A DNA stretch of 64,000 nucleotides from an uncultured delta proteobacterium (GCA_963802945.1 CAWDKY010000016.1:32001-96000), one strand, 5' to 3'; positions 27,715 through 40,195 are shown, counted from the first letter of the stretch. Numbers and translations are program-made. Notes: generated from the letters alone by a model not told the origin.

Positions 27715-28033
27715 CTGCTGGTGTTTTTTATCGCTTAAAATTCGAGCTATGTATATTCTTCAAATCGACATGATATACAGAAATAGGAGGACTCTTCATG
27801 CTGGCCAACCGAAGTAGGTAAGTCTATCCTTGACTCTTTCTACTTTTTATTATTTGAATCGAAAATGGATTTCTATTTTTTCCTCAACGATTTAATCTGA
27901 ACCCGCACCGATTTCAACACCTCAGACGTTGCTTCGACGGTAGTCCTGGTAACTTAGTAACTTAGGAAAAAATTCCAATCAAATTGGATAGAATATTTAT
28001 AACACCTTAGGCGGTTGAAAAGATTTTTATTGT

Positions 28034-28222
28034 TCACCGCAAAGTCGCAAAGAACGCAGAGAAAATCATATTTGTTCAATCCCGTGAGAGGAGGGATTGA
28101 ACAAAACATCTCTGGCCTCCGGCCAATTAATTACCCGGAGGGTAACGAAGCTTATCAATTGTTGGTCTCTCACCGGCAATTGATAAATTTTCCTCTCTGC
28201 GACCTCTGCGCCTCTGCGGTGA
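28034..28222. repeat. Nonamer tandem-repeat hairpin with nested inner hairpins
   Basis: CACCGCAAAGT CGCAAAGAA CGCAGAGA ... TCTCTGCG ACCTCTGCG CCTCTGCGGTG; inner TTTGTTCAATCCC...GGGATTGAACAAA. Confidence 0.75.
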
Positions 28223-28429
28223 TTGGTTTCGGCTTGTCCGAGTTAGGTTTTTTAGATTATAAGAAATCTCAGAGCTATTTTAACCTTTTTATGGGTGGGC
28301 TCTATTTTCAGGCCATCTCGCTTTTAACAGGACCAACTTACATTATGGGTCTCAGACCTATACCTGTTGTGGTAAAAATTTCTTGCTTTACTACTTAAAA
28401 CATGAAATCCTCAGATCAAGGAAGAAAAA

Positions 28430-29122
28430 ATGCTATCCAACCCTTTTGAGATCATTCTCGGGATTTTTTGTGTAGGAGGTCCAGAAATCTCTCATCCGCA
28501 AGATGCCTTGGTGTATCTGATCAAAGGCGAAGAGAGCTCCGCTCTCATCGATGCCGGAGCGGGAAAGGGTTCGGAGGTGATATGGGAAAATATCCAAAGG
28601 GCGGGAGTGAATCCCGAGGATCTGACTTACCTCATTCTGACCCACGGCCATGTCGATCATATCGGTGGGGTCTCTTTTTTTAAGGAACGGGCCCAATGCT
28701 TTACGGTTGCCCACGAATTGGATCAAGAGGCCATCGAGTCCGGCGATCCAAACTTAACCGCCGCTTCCTGGTATGGCCTGAGTTTGCCCAGGCTTAAGGT
28801 CGATCAGGTGCTAAAAGCAAAAATCGAAGAACTCCCTTTGGGTCATAAAGAAAAACTCGTCTGCCTCCATACGCCCGGCCACACCCCGGGTTCGATTTCC
28901 CTTTACATCGATCGGCAGAAACAACGGGTCCTCTTCGGTCAGGATATCCACGGTCCGTTTTCTAAAGCCTTTGGATCCAATTTGAGCGATTGGCAAAATT
29001 CCATGGAGGAGCTCCTGGCCCTGAAGGCCGATATCTTGTGCGAGGGACACTTCGGAATCTATCGAACCGCCCAAAAAGTGAAGACCTACATCGAACAGTA
29101 TATGAAACAATATTTATCCTGA
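28430..29122 (+). CDS. MBL-fold metallo-hydrolase
   Basis: THGHVDHIGG (HxHxDH), HTPGHTPGS, GQDIHG, CEGH. Confidence 0.9.
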   Translation: MLSNPFEIILGIFCVGGPEISHPQDALVYLIKGEESSALIDAGAGKGSEVIWENIQRAGVNPEDLTYLILTHGHVDHIGGVSFFKERAQCFTVAHELDQEAIESGDPNLTAASWYGLSLPRLKVDQVLKAKIEELPLGHKEKLVCLHTPGHTPGSISLYIDRQKQRVLFGQDIHGPFSKAFGSNLSDWQNSMEELLALKADILCEGHFGIYRTAQKVKTYIEQYMKQYLS

Positions 29123-29142
29123 ATCCAGAAATCAAAACCTTC

Positions 29143-29634
29143 CTAAAGGTTAGAAATGAATTTGGGAGGGAGTTGTGCCCTTCCTATAAAATTGGCCGCT
29201 TCTTTTATGGTCTGAGGACCTTGAAGGACCATCATTTTTGAAATGCCGTGAGCCAGCCATTTCTCTTGTTGATCAAAGGCCGTGGCTTCTGCCAGACAGA
29301 TGGTCTTGCCCATTTTGATGCGGCGGCCTTTGATAAACATTTTTCCGACATTGGTCGGGGCAAGAAAATCGACTTTCAGATCAAGGGAAATCAAGCCCGC
29401 ATCTTCATCCAGTTCACCATAGACCGACCAATAAGCCGCCGTATCGATCGCCGAAGCATAGGCTCCCCCATGAATCCCTCCAAAGGGGTTAAGATGCTTA
29501 TTCCCAACATCCATCTCGACCAGCGAATATCCTTGATCTAAATCTTTGACCTGCATGGACAGCAGTCTGAAATAAGGACCTTGATTGATAAGATCAATGA
29601 CCGCTTCTACATGTTTTGGATTAAGTTCTCTCAT
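29143..29634 (-). CDS. PaaI-family thioesterase
   Basis: HLNPFGGIHGGAYASAIDTA. Confidence 0.9.
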   Translation of the reverse strand: MRELNPKHVEAVIDLINQGPYFRLLSMQVKDLDQGYSLVEMDVGNKHLNPFGGIHGGAYASAIDTAAYWSVYGELDEDAGLISLDLKVDFLAPTNVGKMFIKGRRIKMGKTICLAEATAFDQQEKWLAHGISKMMVLQGPQTIKEAANFIGRAQLPPKFISNL

Positions 29635-29779
29635 CGTCCTCTTTTCAATGAGGGATGGCTGTCCTTCATTGACCCTTGGCCATGGAACTCCCGGGTTCGA
29701 TGGTTTTGTTAATCAAAATCACTGAACCCGGGGAACTCTCTTTATCAAAACCATAGCAGGCCGCTATGGCAATTTCTAC

Positions 29780-29898
29780 CTCGATGTTGCAAAAGTTTCG
29801 AAGGTTGCAGATCCGAGGCGTCCAGGGCGAAGCCGTATACGCATACTGCGAGTCCTGGACAACAAAGGAGATGCGGCCTTCCAAATTTTCCCGAAGGA
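29780..29898. repeat. MITE-like palindromic element
   Basis: GCAGATCCGAGGCGTCCAGG...CCTGGACAACAAAGGAGATGC arms; GAAGG/CCTTC flanks. Confidence 0.4.
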
Positions 29899-30039
29899 TA
29901 AAAATTGATCGATATTTTATTAAAATCCAAACTTCTTGTAGCGTGACTTTTGACACCAACTCTGAAATCATCAAAATAAACTGATTTCAAGGATAATAAC
30001 TTGTTCTTCGATAAATTTTTATGCAACTTCGAGGTGTTA

Positions 30040-30534
30040 CTACCTCATGCTATATCCGCGGGCATCAAGACAGGCACCCATTGCCCGTAGAAAGTCGGCG
30101 CTCTTCTGGGCTCTCTGATCAAGAGGCATGGAAGGTGACATCTTAGTTGGGTCGTATCCTGTCTGGCCCACAGCCCAACTGTGGCACCCATTACGATCAC
30201 TCTCCAGTTTCTCTTGGCTCTGACCTTGGCGGGGATAAATGAACACCTGGCCTCCCATCGGAGGGGCCTGACTATCTTTGTTGGTGGGAGCCTGACTAAC
30301 TTCGCCCGGAGGTGGGTAATAATACGGTGGAGGTGGGGAGTAATAGGCCGGAGGTGGATAATAATAGGCCGGGGGGTAGTAGTAACGTGGGGCCAGGCTC
30401 CAAGCCCACAAGGCACTGCCGATAATCAATCCGGGAAGAAACCATCCGCTCCCATGATAGGCCTCGGCCTGGTTGGACGGTATTAATAAGGTTAACATTA
30501 AAAGGATACCTAATAAACAAATGAGCTTTTTCAT
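30040..30534 (-). CDS. Secreted Pro/Tyr-rich protein
   Basis: Signal peptide; YYPPPA repeats; IYPRQGQSQE...CHSWAVGQTGYDP...ACLDARGYS domain. Confidence 0.8.
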   Translation of the reverse strand: MKKLICLLGILLMLTLLIPSNQAEAYHGSGWFLPGLIIGSALWAWSLAPRYYYPPAYYYPPPAYYSPPPPYYYPPPGEVSQAPTNKDSQAPPMGGQVFIYPRQGQSQEKLESDRNGCHSWAVGQTGYDPTKMSPSMPLDQRAQKSADFLRAMGACLDARGYSMR

Positions 30535-30702
30535 GGGTTTTTTGACCTCCTTAAATAGGGTTCTCCTTCATCGACCCCTCTTCGCTTTTTTCCCATTTAG
30601 ATGCGGAATCCAGGGATCGGGTTAAATTAATTTTAACTCTTTTTCATGCCACTCTTCAATAGATTTTTTTATGAAGCCTTTTACTTGAGAATAAATCTCA
30701 AA

Positions 30703-31000
30703 TTAACAGGTTGCTGAAACCGGGCACCGCTCCGAAGGAGTGGGAGTGAGCCGAGATTTGGGGCGAACAAAAAGGCCCATCAATCCCGCCAACGGCGGGA
30801 TTGCTCTCATTCCTCCCCGCCTTTCTGCGGGGCAGGCTTATTGCGACGTACTTTTATGTACGCCTCATTCCTCAGAATTTCTTCGCATAAATGGCCATGC
30901 TCAGTCCCACCCCTTCGGGGCGGGTTCCCGGTTTCGGGCGCCTTGTATGTGGACCTTTTTGAGCAACCTGTAAAATATGTGTTTTTCAGCAAACTGTTAA
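30703..31000. mobile_element. MITE, copy A, with nested mini-palindromes
   Basis: TIR TTAACAGGTTGCTGAAA / TTTCAGCAAACTGTTAA; body homologous to 40424-40668. Confidence 0.75.
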
Positions 31001-31338
31001 AGAAATGAGTCAGAAAAATGCGTCAGTTATTTAAATAGCCCACATACCAAGACCAAAGGCCCCTTTCTTAGGATCACCGGACTATTTGAGGCAAGCGATC
31101 AGAGTTCCCAAAGAGAAATGTGTATAAATTCTGGGAGGCTGCCCCTTTTTTTCCCCTTATCAGCTCCCATTTGTAAAGTCCAGACCTTCAAAGTCCCTTT
31201 TTCTTCAGAAGACGCCCTTCTTCCCTTTGCCTTTGGCCCTATTTTTTCCCTTGACGGTACCTTTTTCGTTCATTATACTTCCTCCATTCCAAAGAAAAGC
31301 CTTATCTAGAGTAGCTAAACCAAAAAAACAGGAGGTAA

Positions 31339-31881
31339 ATGATGAAACACAAAGTTTGCAAAAGGAGTAGTTCGGTAGCCTTGTTTCTGGCAGCAGCAAT
31401 GATGTTGGCCTTGGCCATTTCTCCGTCTATATCTTCGGCGGCAGTGTTCAACAACGATACTAAGCCGGCTTTCTCCGTCACTTATCCAAGCGATTGGGTG
31501 GCTAATCCTGATAACGTTAAACTATATCATGTATTGTTTAGCGCAAAAAATCCTGCCGGCATTCCCATTCTGAATGTACAGATTCGGGAAATTCCTGCCG
31601 GTGCTAAGCTTGAAGACACCGGAAAACTTTACAAGAAACTCATCCTCGATCCGGAACAAGGTGTTCCTACGGAAATCGTCTCAGACAAAGTGACCACCTT
31701 GAAGGACGGAACAAAGGTCAATGAAACCTTACTGAAATACAAATTTAAAAATTGGTTACCTCTTCAAGCGGTCGTTATTGCGGTCTTTAAGGACAACAAG
31801 TGGATACGTGTTGATGTTCACCAGTCAGTCAATGACGCCCCATCATGGGATATTGTCCGCTCGCTGACCTTTAAGAAATAG
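31339..31881 (+). CDS. Secreted hypothetical protein (PsbP/DcrB-like)
   Basis: AGGAGG RBS, signal peptide, FSVTYPSDW, IVRSLTFK. Confidence 0.6.
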   Translation: MMKHKVCKRSSSVALFLAAAMMLALAISPSISSAAVFNNDTKPAFSVTYPSDWVANPDNVKLYHVLFSAKNPAGIPILNVQIREIPAGAKLEDTGKLYKKLILDPEQGVPTEIVSDKVTTLKDGTKVNETLLKYKFKNWLPLQAVVIAVFKDNKWIRVDVHQSVNDAPSWDIVRSLTFKK

Positions 31882-31972
31882 TCGATCCAAAGCACGATGA
31901 TAGGAACGATGTCATAGAGCGAAGAACGGTTTTTAAAAATTCGTTATTTCCCTCCTAAGTATTTCTAATTTT

Positions 31973-32002
31973 CAGCGGTTGGAGTTTAATCTCCAACCGC
32001 TG
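31973..32002 (+). terminator. Probable terminator hairpin
   Basis: CAGCGGTTGGAG-TTTAAT-CTCCAACCGCTG perfect stem. Confidence 0.6.
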
Positions 32003-32492
32003 TGCTATTTGCCGTCTGGTTAAAAAAATTAGCGAAAGAACTATAACAGGGAGTGATCAATAACATCCTTTCGCCCATAGGCTTTTGGCTAACTAACCAG
32101 AGACCCTACCCAAACCATCCCTTGAACTCCAGATAGACTTATCGGATTCCCAGCTTCCTTTCTAAGATCAGGATTTTGGGGTTTCCCCGGATCACTGATT
32201 TAGATAAGAGAAGATCAGGATGCATAGGGAGTTGTATGTCTGACTTTTGGAAGTTATGTCCTTAGGTTACCACCTCTTGGCTTCATATCGCTCAACACGG
32301 CCCCTATATCCCCCAGGAAATCAGTCCAAACAACACTAATCCTATAATTTAAACTCTGTTTTTTCTCCTTGACCCCTTTTGGGGCTTATTTTATACTCTT
32401 AAAATAAAAAGGAAATTCTTATCAAATTTTATAACTCCGTGTGTCTGCCGAAGGCAGGCCTGAAGGTTTAGCACGAAAATAAGGATGACAAT

Positions 32493-32984
32493 ATGAAGGT
32501 GTTGTGGGCTCCCTGGCGGATGGAATATATCGTGAATACTGGAAAAGAAAAGGCCTGCATCTTTTGTCCGGGTGAAAAAGTAAATCTGTCCGACCGATCC
32601 ATCCTCTTTCTAGGAAAACGTTCCCTGGTCATGATGAACAAATATCCATATATTAACGGCCATGTATTGGTGGCCCCCTTAAGACATGTGGCCGTTTTGG
32701 ATCAATTGGAAGAAACAGAAAAGGTTGCCCTGATGACCATGGTAAGTCATTCGGTTACCATTCTAAAAAAAACCATGGGCGCCGAAGGATTCAATGTGGG
32801 TCTAAATCTGGGAAGGGTGGCCGGGGCCGGAGTGGAAGATCATCTCCATTTTCATGTTGTTCCCCGTTGGAAAGGGGACACCAATTTTATGACCGTCTTT
32901 GGGGATCTCCGAGTGATCCCCGAACACATGGAACAAACCTATACCAGATTGCTTCCTTTTTTCAAGGAGGTCAAGGAGGAGTGA
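32493..32984 (+). CDS. HIT-family hydrolase (Ap4A phosphorylase/FHIT-like)
   Basis: LWAPWRMEY, NKYPYINGH, HLHFHVVPRW. Confidence 0.92.
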   Translation: MKVLWAPWRMEYIVNTGKEKACIFCPGEKVNLSDRSILFLGKRSLVMMNKYPYINGHVLVAPLRHVAVLDQLEETEKVALMTMVSHSVTILKKTMGAEGFNVGLNLGRVAGAGVEDHLHFHVVPRWKGDTNFMTVFGDLRVIPEHMEQTYTRLLPFFKEVKEE

Positions 32985-32985
32985 C

Positions 32986-33356
32986 GTGCGAACCTTTAAA
33001 TTATATTTCTATGGTCTCCTTGTTTTGCTTTTTGTCATCTTTGTCATTCAAAATTATTCCACTTTAACTAATAGCGTCTCCCTTCGATTGAACCTGGGCA
33101 TCCTGGCCCTGGAATCGGTCCCTTTGCCGTTTTTCGTGATTGTGCCGGTTATCTTTTTTTGCCGGGCTTCTCCTGGCTACGGTTATCGGGTGGGTGGAAC
33201 GTCGCCGCCTGTCTAAGGAGATGAAGCAATTAAAAAGAAGCCTACGTGAGCCCGAACCTAAGGCGGTGCCTTATGAAGAAACACCCGCAACCTCCTTCTC
33301 CACCAGGCGAAACGGGAAAATTGACTTCGGAAAGCAAAACCTCTATTCCCTCTTAA
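32986..33356 (+). CDS. LapA-family membrane protein (frameshifted in this sequence)
   Basis: FVIQNYSTL...FFAGLLLA; break at the T run near 33153-33160; 3' end approximate. Confidence 0.55.
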
Positions 33357-33370
33357 TTCTTTTTTTGTTC

Positions 33371-35997
33371 ATGACTAAAATCACCCCCATGCTGGAACAA
33401 TATCTGGAGATCAAGGAAAAATACCGGGATTTTGTCCTTTTTTATCAGCTGGGGGATTTTTTTGAGATGTTTTATGAAGACGCTTTACTTGCCTCCCGGG
33501 TATTAGAGATCACCTTGACCTCCCGTCACAAAGGAGAACTAAGGATCAGGTTCCCATGTGCGGGGTCCCGATTCATGCCGTTTCCGGATACATTGCCCGC
33601 ATGGTGGAAAAAGGCTACAAGGTGGCCCTGTGCGAGCAAGTGGAAGACCCTAGCCCAGGCCAAAGGGATCGTGCAACCGTGAAGTGACCCGGCTGATCAC
33701 CCCGGGACTCTATATTGATGATAGTGCCCTTAAAAACAACCGTTATCTGTTAGGCCTGTCCTATCAGGAAACACGCTTCGGTCTGGCCTCGGTGGATTTG
33801 GCCACCGGAGAATTCAGGGTGACGGAAGTCAGCGAACAGGAAAAGGCCTTCGAAGAGATCGGCCGGATCAATCCTTCGGAAATCCTTGAATCAACCGGGC
33901 CTTAAAACAGAACCCTTCGGCCCAGCCTATTCTGGATCAACTTTCTCCTTATTTTCTGACCTATGGTGATGAGGGGACTTTTGAAAAGGGCAGGGCCGAA
34001 GATTTGCTGATCAAGCATTATCAGGTCCATACCCTGGCCGGCTTCGGGGCAGGTGCGTTAACCGAAGGCCTTCGGGCCGCAGGGGCCTTGCTTTTTTATC
34101 TGATGGAGACCCAGAAAGGAAGTGTTTCTCACCTCCAGCCCTTGCAGGTCTATCATCTTTCTCAATACATGATCCTGTCCGAGACCACCCAACGGCATCT
34201 GGAACTGACTCAGACCTTGTATCGGGGGACCCGTCAAGGATCCCTGATTTCGGTTCTCGATCAGACCATGACGGCCATGGGCAGCCGAAAACTCAAACAT
34301 TGGCTCAATTATCCCCTGCTGGATCTGGAAAAGATCCGTGGGCGGCAGGATCTGGTCGAGGCCTTTTTTGAAGATCCCATCCTGCGCCAGGCCCTTCGTT
34401 CCCATCTCAAGGAAATCTATGATATCGAACGGCTGGTGGCCAAGGTCTGTCTGAATCAGGCCGGGCCGAGGGACTTGGTGGCCTTAAAAAATTCCCTGGC
34501 CCATGTGCCGGCCATCGGCCGGATTCTTGAGGAAAGCTCCCATCCCCGGCTGAAAGAAATCGGGGCCGGAACGGATACCCTTCCTGAAGTGACCGATCTT
34601 ATTTCCAGGGCCGTTCTGGATGAACCTTCCTTGAATTGGAAAGACCCGGAGGCCCGGATTATCCGTCCGGGCTATCATGCCCAGTTAGACCGGTATTTAA
34701 CGGTCACCCGGGAAGGCAAAGAATGGATTGCACAATTGGAAGCCAAGGAGAGAAAACGGACCGGGATCAATTCCCTGAAGATAGGGTATAACCGGGTATT
34801 CGGTTATTATATCGAGGTCTCACGGCCCAACCTCCCGTCCGTTCCCTCCGACTATGAACGCAAACAGACCCTGGTCAACGGCGAACGTTTTCTGACCCCG
34901 GAACTCAAAGAATATGAAGTCATGGTTTTAGAGGCCGAAGAAAAACGTTGGCAACTGGAGGTTGAGCTTTTTCATGAGGTTCGACGGCAGATTGCCCAGG
35001 AAAGCCCCCGGCTGCAAAAAACAGCCGGACTGCTGTCCGATCTGGATGTCCTGACTTCCTTGGCCCAAACGGCCCAGGAAAACCGATACCAAAAACCTTT
35101 TCTGAATGAAACGGATGTCATTTCTTTAAAGGACAGCCGTCATCCGGTCATTGAAAAAAATCTGCCGGCCCAGCGTTTTGTCCCCAATTCTATTGAACTG
35201 GATAATGAAGAACAGCAGATGATCATCATCACCGGTCCCAACATGGCCGGTAAATCCACGATCCTGCGTCAGGTGGCCCTGATCTGTCTGATGGCCCAGA
35301 TGGGTTCCTTTGTCCCGGCAGAAAAGGCGGAGATCGGTTTGATCGATCAGATTTTTACCCGGGTAGGGCGCCTCGGATGATCTTTCCTCCGGTCAAAGCA
35401 CCTTTATGGTGGAAATGCAGGAAACGGCCCAGATCCTTCACCAGGCCACCGATCGGAGTCTGGTCTTGTTGGATGAAATCGGCCGGGGGACCAGCACCTT
35501 TGACGGTCTCAGTATCGCCTGGGCGGTGGCCGAATATCTTCATGACTTAAAAGGAAAAGGGGTTAAAACCCTTTTCGCCACCCATTACCATGAATTGACC
35601 GACTTGACCCAGACCAAAAAAAAGGTTAAGAACTATCATGTCTCGGTGAAAGAGTATAACCAGCAGATCATTTTTTTAAGGAAACTGCAAGAAGGGGGCA
35701 CGAGTCGAAGCTATGGGATTCAGGTGGCCAGGTTGGCCGGCATCCCTGTCCCGGTGATTGAAAGGGCCCGAGAGGTGCTGAAGAACCTGGAAAAGGGGGA
35801 ACTGGATTTCTGGGGTTTCCCTGCCCTGGCCTCTTCCAGCCGGGAACAAGGCCACTCATCCGGCCCAGATGGAACTCTTCTCCGAGGAGGGTCAGATGCT
35901 TCGGGAACGCATGAAGGCCCTTTCCATCGATGAAATGAGTCCCCTTCAGGCCTTACTGACTTTAAAGGAGTTGAAGGATCTCCTTGAAAAACAATAG
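33371..35997 (+). CDS. mutS: DNA mismatch repair protein MutS (several apparent frameshifts)
   Basis: TPMLEQY...[56 protein letters not shown] spread over changing frames. Confidence 0.9.
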
Positions 35998-36018
35998 AAT
36001 TCAGAATAACATTAATAT

Positions 36019-36117
36019 AAGGATTCAAGGAGTCAAGGGGCCAAGGACCCAGGGCGGAGTGAAAGGCGTGGAAGTAAAACCATTTGAACCCTGGAATCCT
36101 AGAATCCTTGAACCCTA
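36019..36117. repeat. Octamer tandem-repeat hairpin
   Basis: AGGATTCA AGGAGTCA AGGGGCCA AGGACCCA ... CCTGGAAT CCTAGAAT CCTTGAAC CCT; same unit as 17557-17650. Confidence 0.75.
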
Positions 36118-36134
36118 TTTTTAAACTAAAAAGT

Positions 36135-37908
36135 ATGAATAGTAATTTCGCCCAACGCCGAACGACCAAAGCTGAACGTTATTTTTATATTCATCTGTTC
36201 CCATTTAGCTTGATCCTCATACTGATCGTCATGAGTTGGGTTTTTGAAGGAGCGTTCCACAAGGTCTGTTCCACTTCGGTGGACCAGGAAATAGAGACTA
36301 AATACAACCAGACCAGAGAGGCCTTCTTTGCCCTCGACAAGTCTCCTCAAAGGAAACAGCGCCAACATTGGCAGCCCATGATCGAGGGATTTAAGGAGAT
36401 CTACAAACAGCATCCTCAGACCCCCTGGGGAGAAAAATCCATGTTCATGGTGGGCCGGGTTGCCTATGTCCTTTTTCAATGGTCAGGGATGGAACCCGAT
36501 CTGGACCTGGCCCTCGATCATTTTTCACGCTTCGTCAATCATTATCCACAAAGCCCCCTGGCGGACGACGCCCTCTTTTTTAGCGCAGAAATTTATTTTC
36601 TACACAAGAAAGACCTGGAAAAGGCCCGTCAAACCATTCTTGACTTTGATCAAAGAGTATCCGAAAGGGGACATGAAAAAGCGGGCTGAAGAATTGTTAA
36701 AGGCCATGGACAAGAGCAACCTTTTATCCGAAGCGGATAAAACCGATCTGTTCAAAGAAGAGGAATCTATTGAAAACAATAAGGCTTCGGAAGGGACAGA
36801 GCGCCTGTGGAAAACCTACCCGCAGGTTACCGGCCTGCGTCATTGGTCCACTCCTTTTTATACCCGGGTTGCCGTGGACGTTGAAGGTAAGATTGCCTAT
36901 CGTCAGAAACTGCTGAAAAAGGATCCGTCGATCGAGAAACCGGAAAGGCTGTATCTGGATCTATATCCGGCCCGCTTGGCCTTAGGCACTTCCCCTTTAA
37001 CCATTCAGGATGGACTGCTCAGGGGGGCCAGAATAGGTCAGTTCAACGGATCAACCGTTCGACTGGTCCTGGATATCGAGAGCATCAAAGGATATAAAAT
37101 ATTTTTCCTGGAAAATCCCTTCCGGTTGATCGTCGATGTTTCCGGCAAAGAAAAAATCGTTGCCCAACCTGTCGAACCTCCCAGCCGGGAAAAGAAACTT
37201 TCTTTGGCCCAGCAGTTGGGATTGGGGGTTAAACGCATTATCATCGATCCCGGGCATGGAGGTAAGGACAAAGGGGCCATCGGCAAGAACGGCCTGTACG
37301 AAAAAGACCTGACCTTGAAAATAGCCCAAAAATTATCTCAACGGATTAAACAGGACCTGAATATTGAGGCCTTGCTGACCCGGGATTCGGATCGCTTTAT
37401 CCCTCTGGAAGAGAGAACGGCCATAGCCAATACCCGGCATGCCGACCTGTTTGTCTCCATTCATGTCAATGCCAGCCCCAATTCTCAGGCCGAAGGGATC
37501 GAGACCTACTTCTTAAACCTGGCCACCGACGAAGAATCCATCCGGGTGGCGGCCTTTGAAAATGCCACCTCGACCAAGCGGATCAGTGACATGCAAAAGA
37601 TACTCAAGGATCTGATGCTGAATACCAAGATCGATGAATCTTCCCGTTTGGCCGGTCACCTTCAACAAAACGTTATTCAGTCCTTGAATGAAAAATATTC
37701 CCCGATCAAAAATCTCGGGGTCAAGCAGGCCCCGTTCTATGTCCTTATCGGGGCCCAGATGCCCGCTATTTTGGTGGAAACCTCTTTTATCTCCAATGAC
37801 CGGGAAAGAGAACTCTTAGGTCAGGAGGATTATCTGGATCATATCGTCACTGGTCTTTTGAAAGGGATCGAGGGCTATATCAAAGAAATCAAATTGGCTG
37901 GGTTATAA
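36135..37908 (+). CDS. N-acetylmuramoyl-L-alanine amidase (TPR-AMIN-Amidase_3), one frameshift near 36635
   Basis: YPQSPLADDALF TPR; IDPGHGGKD, EKDLTL, SIHVNA, AILVETSFISN. Confidence 0.88.
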
Positions 37909-37927
37909 GGAAAGGAAATTGAATTTC

Positions 37928-38099
37928 CTGGATTCCGGCTGGAGAGACTGTGTCGTAATAGCGGACAGCGCCATCAAAGCCGTCATGCCGGCGAAAGCCG
38001 GCATCCAGAACTTAATGAAAATACTGGATTCCGTGTCGCGCTTCGCTTGCACGGAATGACAAAAATATAATTGCGACACAGTCTCGGAGCCAGAATGAC
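37928..38099. mobile_element. MITE (37944-38085) with GGA target duplication, inserted in a REP half and carrying a REP doublet
   Basis: GGA|GAGACTGTGTCGTAAT...ATTGCGACACAGTCTC|GGA inside CTGGATTCCGGCT-GGA-GCCAGAATGAC. Confidence 0.8.
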
Positions 38100-38115
38100 C
38101 AAAAAGGAATGGGGA

Positions 38116-40076
38116 TTATTTGCCTTCTGGAAGTTGAGGCAGCAAAGATTTAAGATTCTCTCCCCTATGTTTGGGACAATACTCAATCGGTTGAGTCCCG
38201 GCCACATAAGAATTCTTCCTGTTTTATTGGACAGTCCGGAGCCGCTAAATAGCCAGTGGTGGGATCAATCAAGGCCGATACGACTGTATCCGGCTGAGGG
38301 AAGTCCATAACCGGTTTATCGGCCAAAACCGAGCGCATAAACCGGGCCCAGATCGGTGCACAGATCGCCCCTCCGGTAAAACCTTTTCCTCCGGGTCTGG
38401 GTTTGTCATAACCCACCCAAACACCCGCTATGACCTGGGGAGTATAACCGATAAACCAGGCATCCCGATAATCATCGGTGGTGCCTGTCTTGCCGGCGGC
38501 CGGTCGTTCCTGGCTGAAGCTGTTGATGGATTTGGCCGTTCCATAAATCAGCACATCCTTAAGCATCTGAGTCGTAATAAAGGCGATGGCCGGAGAAAGG
38601 ACGGGATTAACTGCCGGATGGATTTTCAATCCAGGTATTATGGTTTTTATCAAAAATACGGACAATCGTTCTGGCCTCAGGACGCAAGCCGCCGTTGGCC
38701 AGAGGGGTGTAAGCCAATACCAGATCATTTAAAGTCACTTCTTCGGTTCCCAGGGCCAAGGAGAGGTCATTGGGGGAACGTAAAGAAAGGCCCAGAGACC
38801 CGGCAAAGTTGACGAAATAAGGGACCCCGATGTTCTCCAGCAATTTAACCGTGATGATATTGTTGGAATAAGCCAGGGCCTGCCGCAGGGAAAGCGTTCC
38901 ATAGAGCTTTCTTTCATAGTTCAGGGGTTTCCAAATTTCATTATTGCCTCGGTTATAACCCACCGGTGTATCATTCCACAGAGAGCTGGGAAGAATCCCT
39001 TTATCCAGGGCGGCGGCATAGATGATGGGTTTAATGGCCGAGCCGGGCTGCCGCTTGGCCAAGAAGGCACGATTGTAGGGATTCTGTTTAAAATCGACCC
39101 CACCGACGGCCGCCAGGACATCCCCTGTATTGGGATCCAAACATATCAAAGCACCCTGCAGCCCTGAGGAAATTTTTCTGACCCCTTCGCTCAAGACCTT
39201 TTCAGCCAGCCTTTGCATGGGCAGATCCATGGAAGTGGTGACTTCCAAACCGCCTTGTTCGATGATCTCCGGCCCATATCTTTCGATTAACTTGTTCCGA
39301 ACATGGGCCAGATAATACGGGGCTTCCCCGGGTTTTATAACCGAAATAGGACGGCTCCTTAAATGGTCTCCCTGGTGCGGCGAGATCATCTTGAGTTCCA
39401 CCATGCGTTGAATAACCAAATTTCTCCGGTCCCGGATCTTGGCCGATTCGGCTAAGGGATTAAACTTTGATGGGGCTTTGGGAACCCCGGCCAGCAAGGC
39501 GCATTCGGCCTCGTTTAATTCCTCCGGATTTTTATCAAAATAGAGTTGAGCGGCCTGGGCAAGACCCCAAGCCCCATTTCCAAAAAAAACCTCATTGAAG
39601 TACATTTCCAAAATCTGAGGCTTGGTGTATTTACGTTCATATTCCAAAGCCAGGAGACTTTCCTTGACCTTCCGCTGGAAGGTTTTCTCCCCGGAAAGGA
39701 GCCTATTTTTAATCAACTGCTGGGTGATGGTCGAACCCCCTTGGGCTATTTTTCCTTTAACCACATTTTTAACCAACGCCCTGGCAATCCCTCGAATGTC
39801 AATCCCTTTATGTTCGTAAAAACGGGCGTCTTCAATAGCTACCAGGGCCTTTTGCAGGAAAGTGGGAATCCGGTCGATGGGAACCCAGTATCTTTTTTCC
39901 GGAAGGATCCGGCCCACAAACCTTCCCTGGTTGTCAAAGACTTTGATGGTGATATAACGGGGCGGCAGAGGGGGAAAGTTGGCCGTTTTTTCCTGGGCCC
40001 AGGTTAAAGATCCGGAGGCGACAATAAAAAACGAAAACATCAAGGCGAAAAAAAACCATTTTTTAAAAATAGCCAT
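38116..40076 (-). CDS. Class A penicillin-binding protein (PBP1A family), frameshifted near 38615 and 38205
   Basis: EDARFYEHKG, GGSTITQQL, RQPGSAIK (SxxK), SNN, KTGTT. Confidence 0.88.
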
Positions 40077-40153
40077 AACCTTGGCGAAAAAAGCGACCAC
40101 GCCTTCCTAAGTAAAATGGATTTAATTTGAAATAAAAAATTATAACAAATTTC

Positions 40154-40182
40154 TTGACAAAACAACTAAAAAAAAATAGCTT
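40154..40182 (+). promoter_or_regulatory. tRNA operon promoter
   Basis: TTGACA-17-TAGCTT. Confidence 0.6.
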
Positions 40183-40195
40183 TATTTCTTTTGTT

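Noticed and set aside
28015-28398. ORFs overlapping repeats (also 9889-10113, 17548-17910, 24930-25313, 29666-30026, 30740-30992, 37983-38310, 40432-40620)
   Set aside because: They are translations of MITE/REP/tandem-repeat DNA with no protein-family signal
33371-35997. Programmed frameshifting or phase variation in mutS
   Set aside because: Breaks are numerous, lack consistent slippery sites and are shared with many neighbouring genes, so sequence error is more parsimonious
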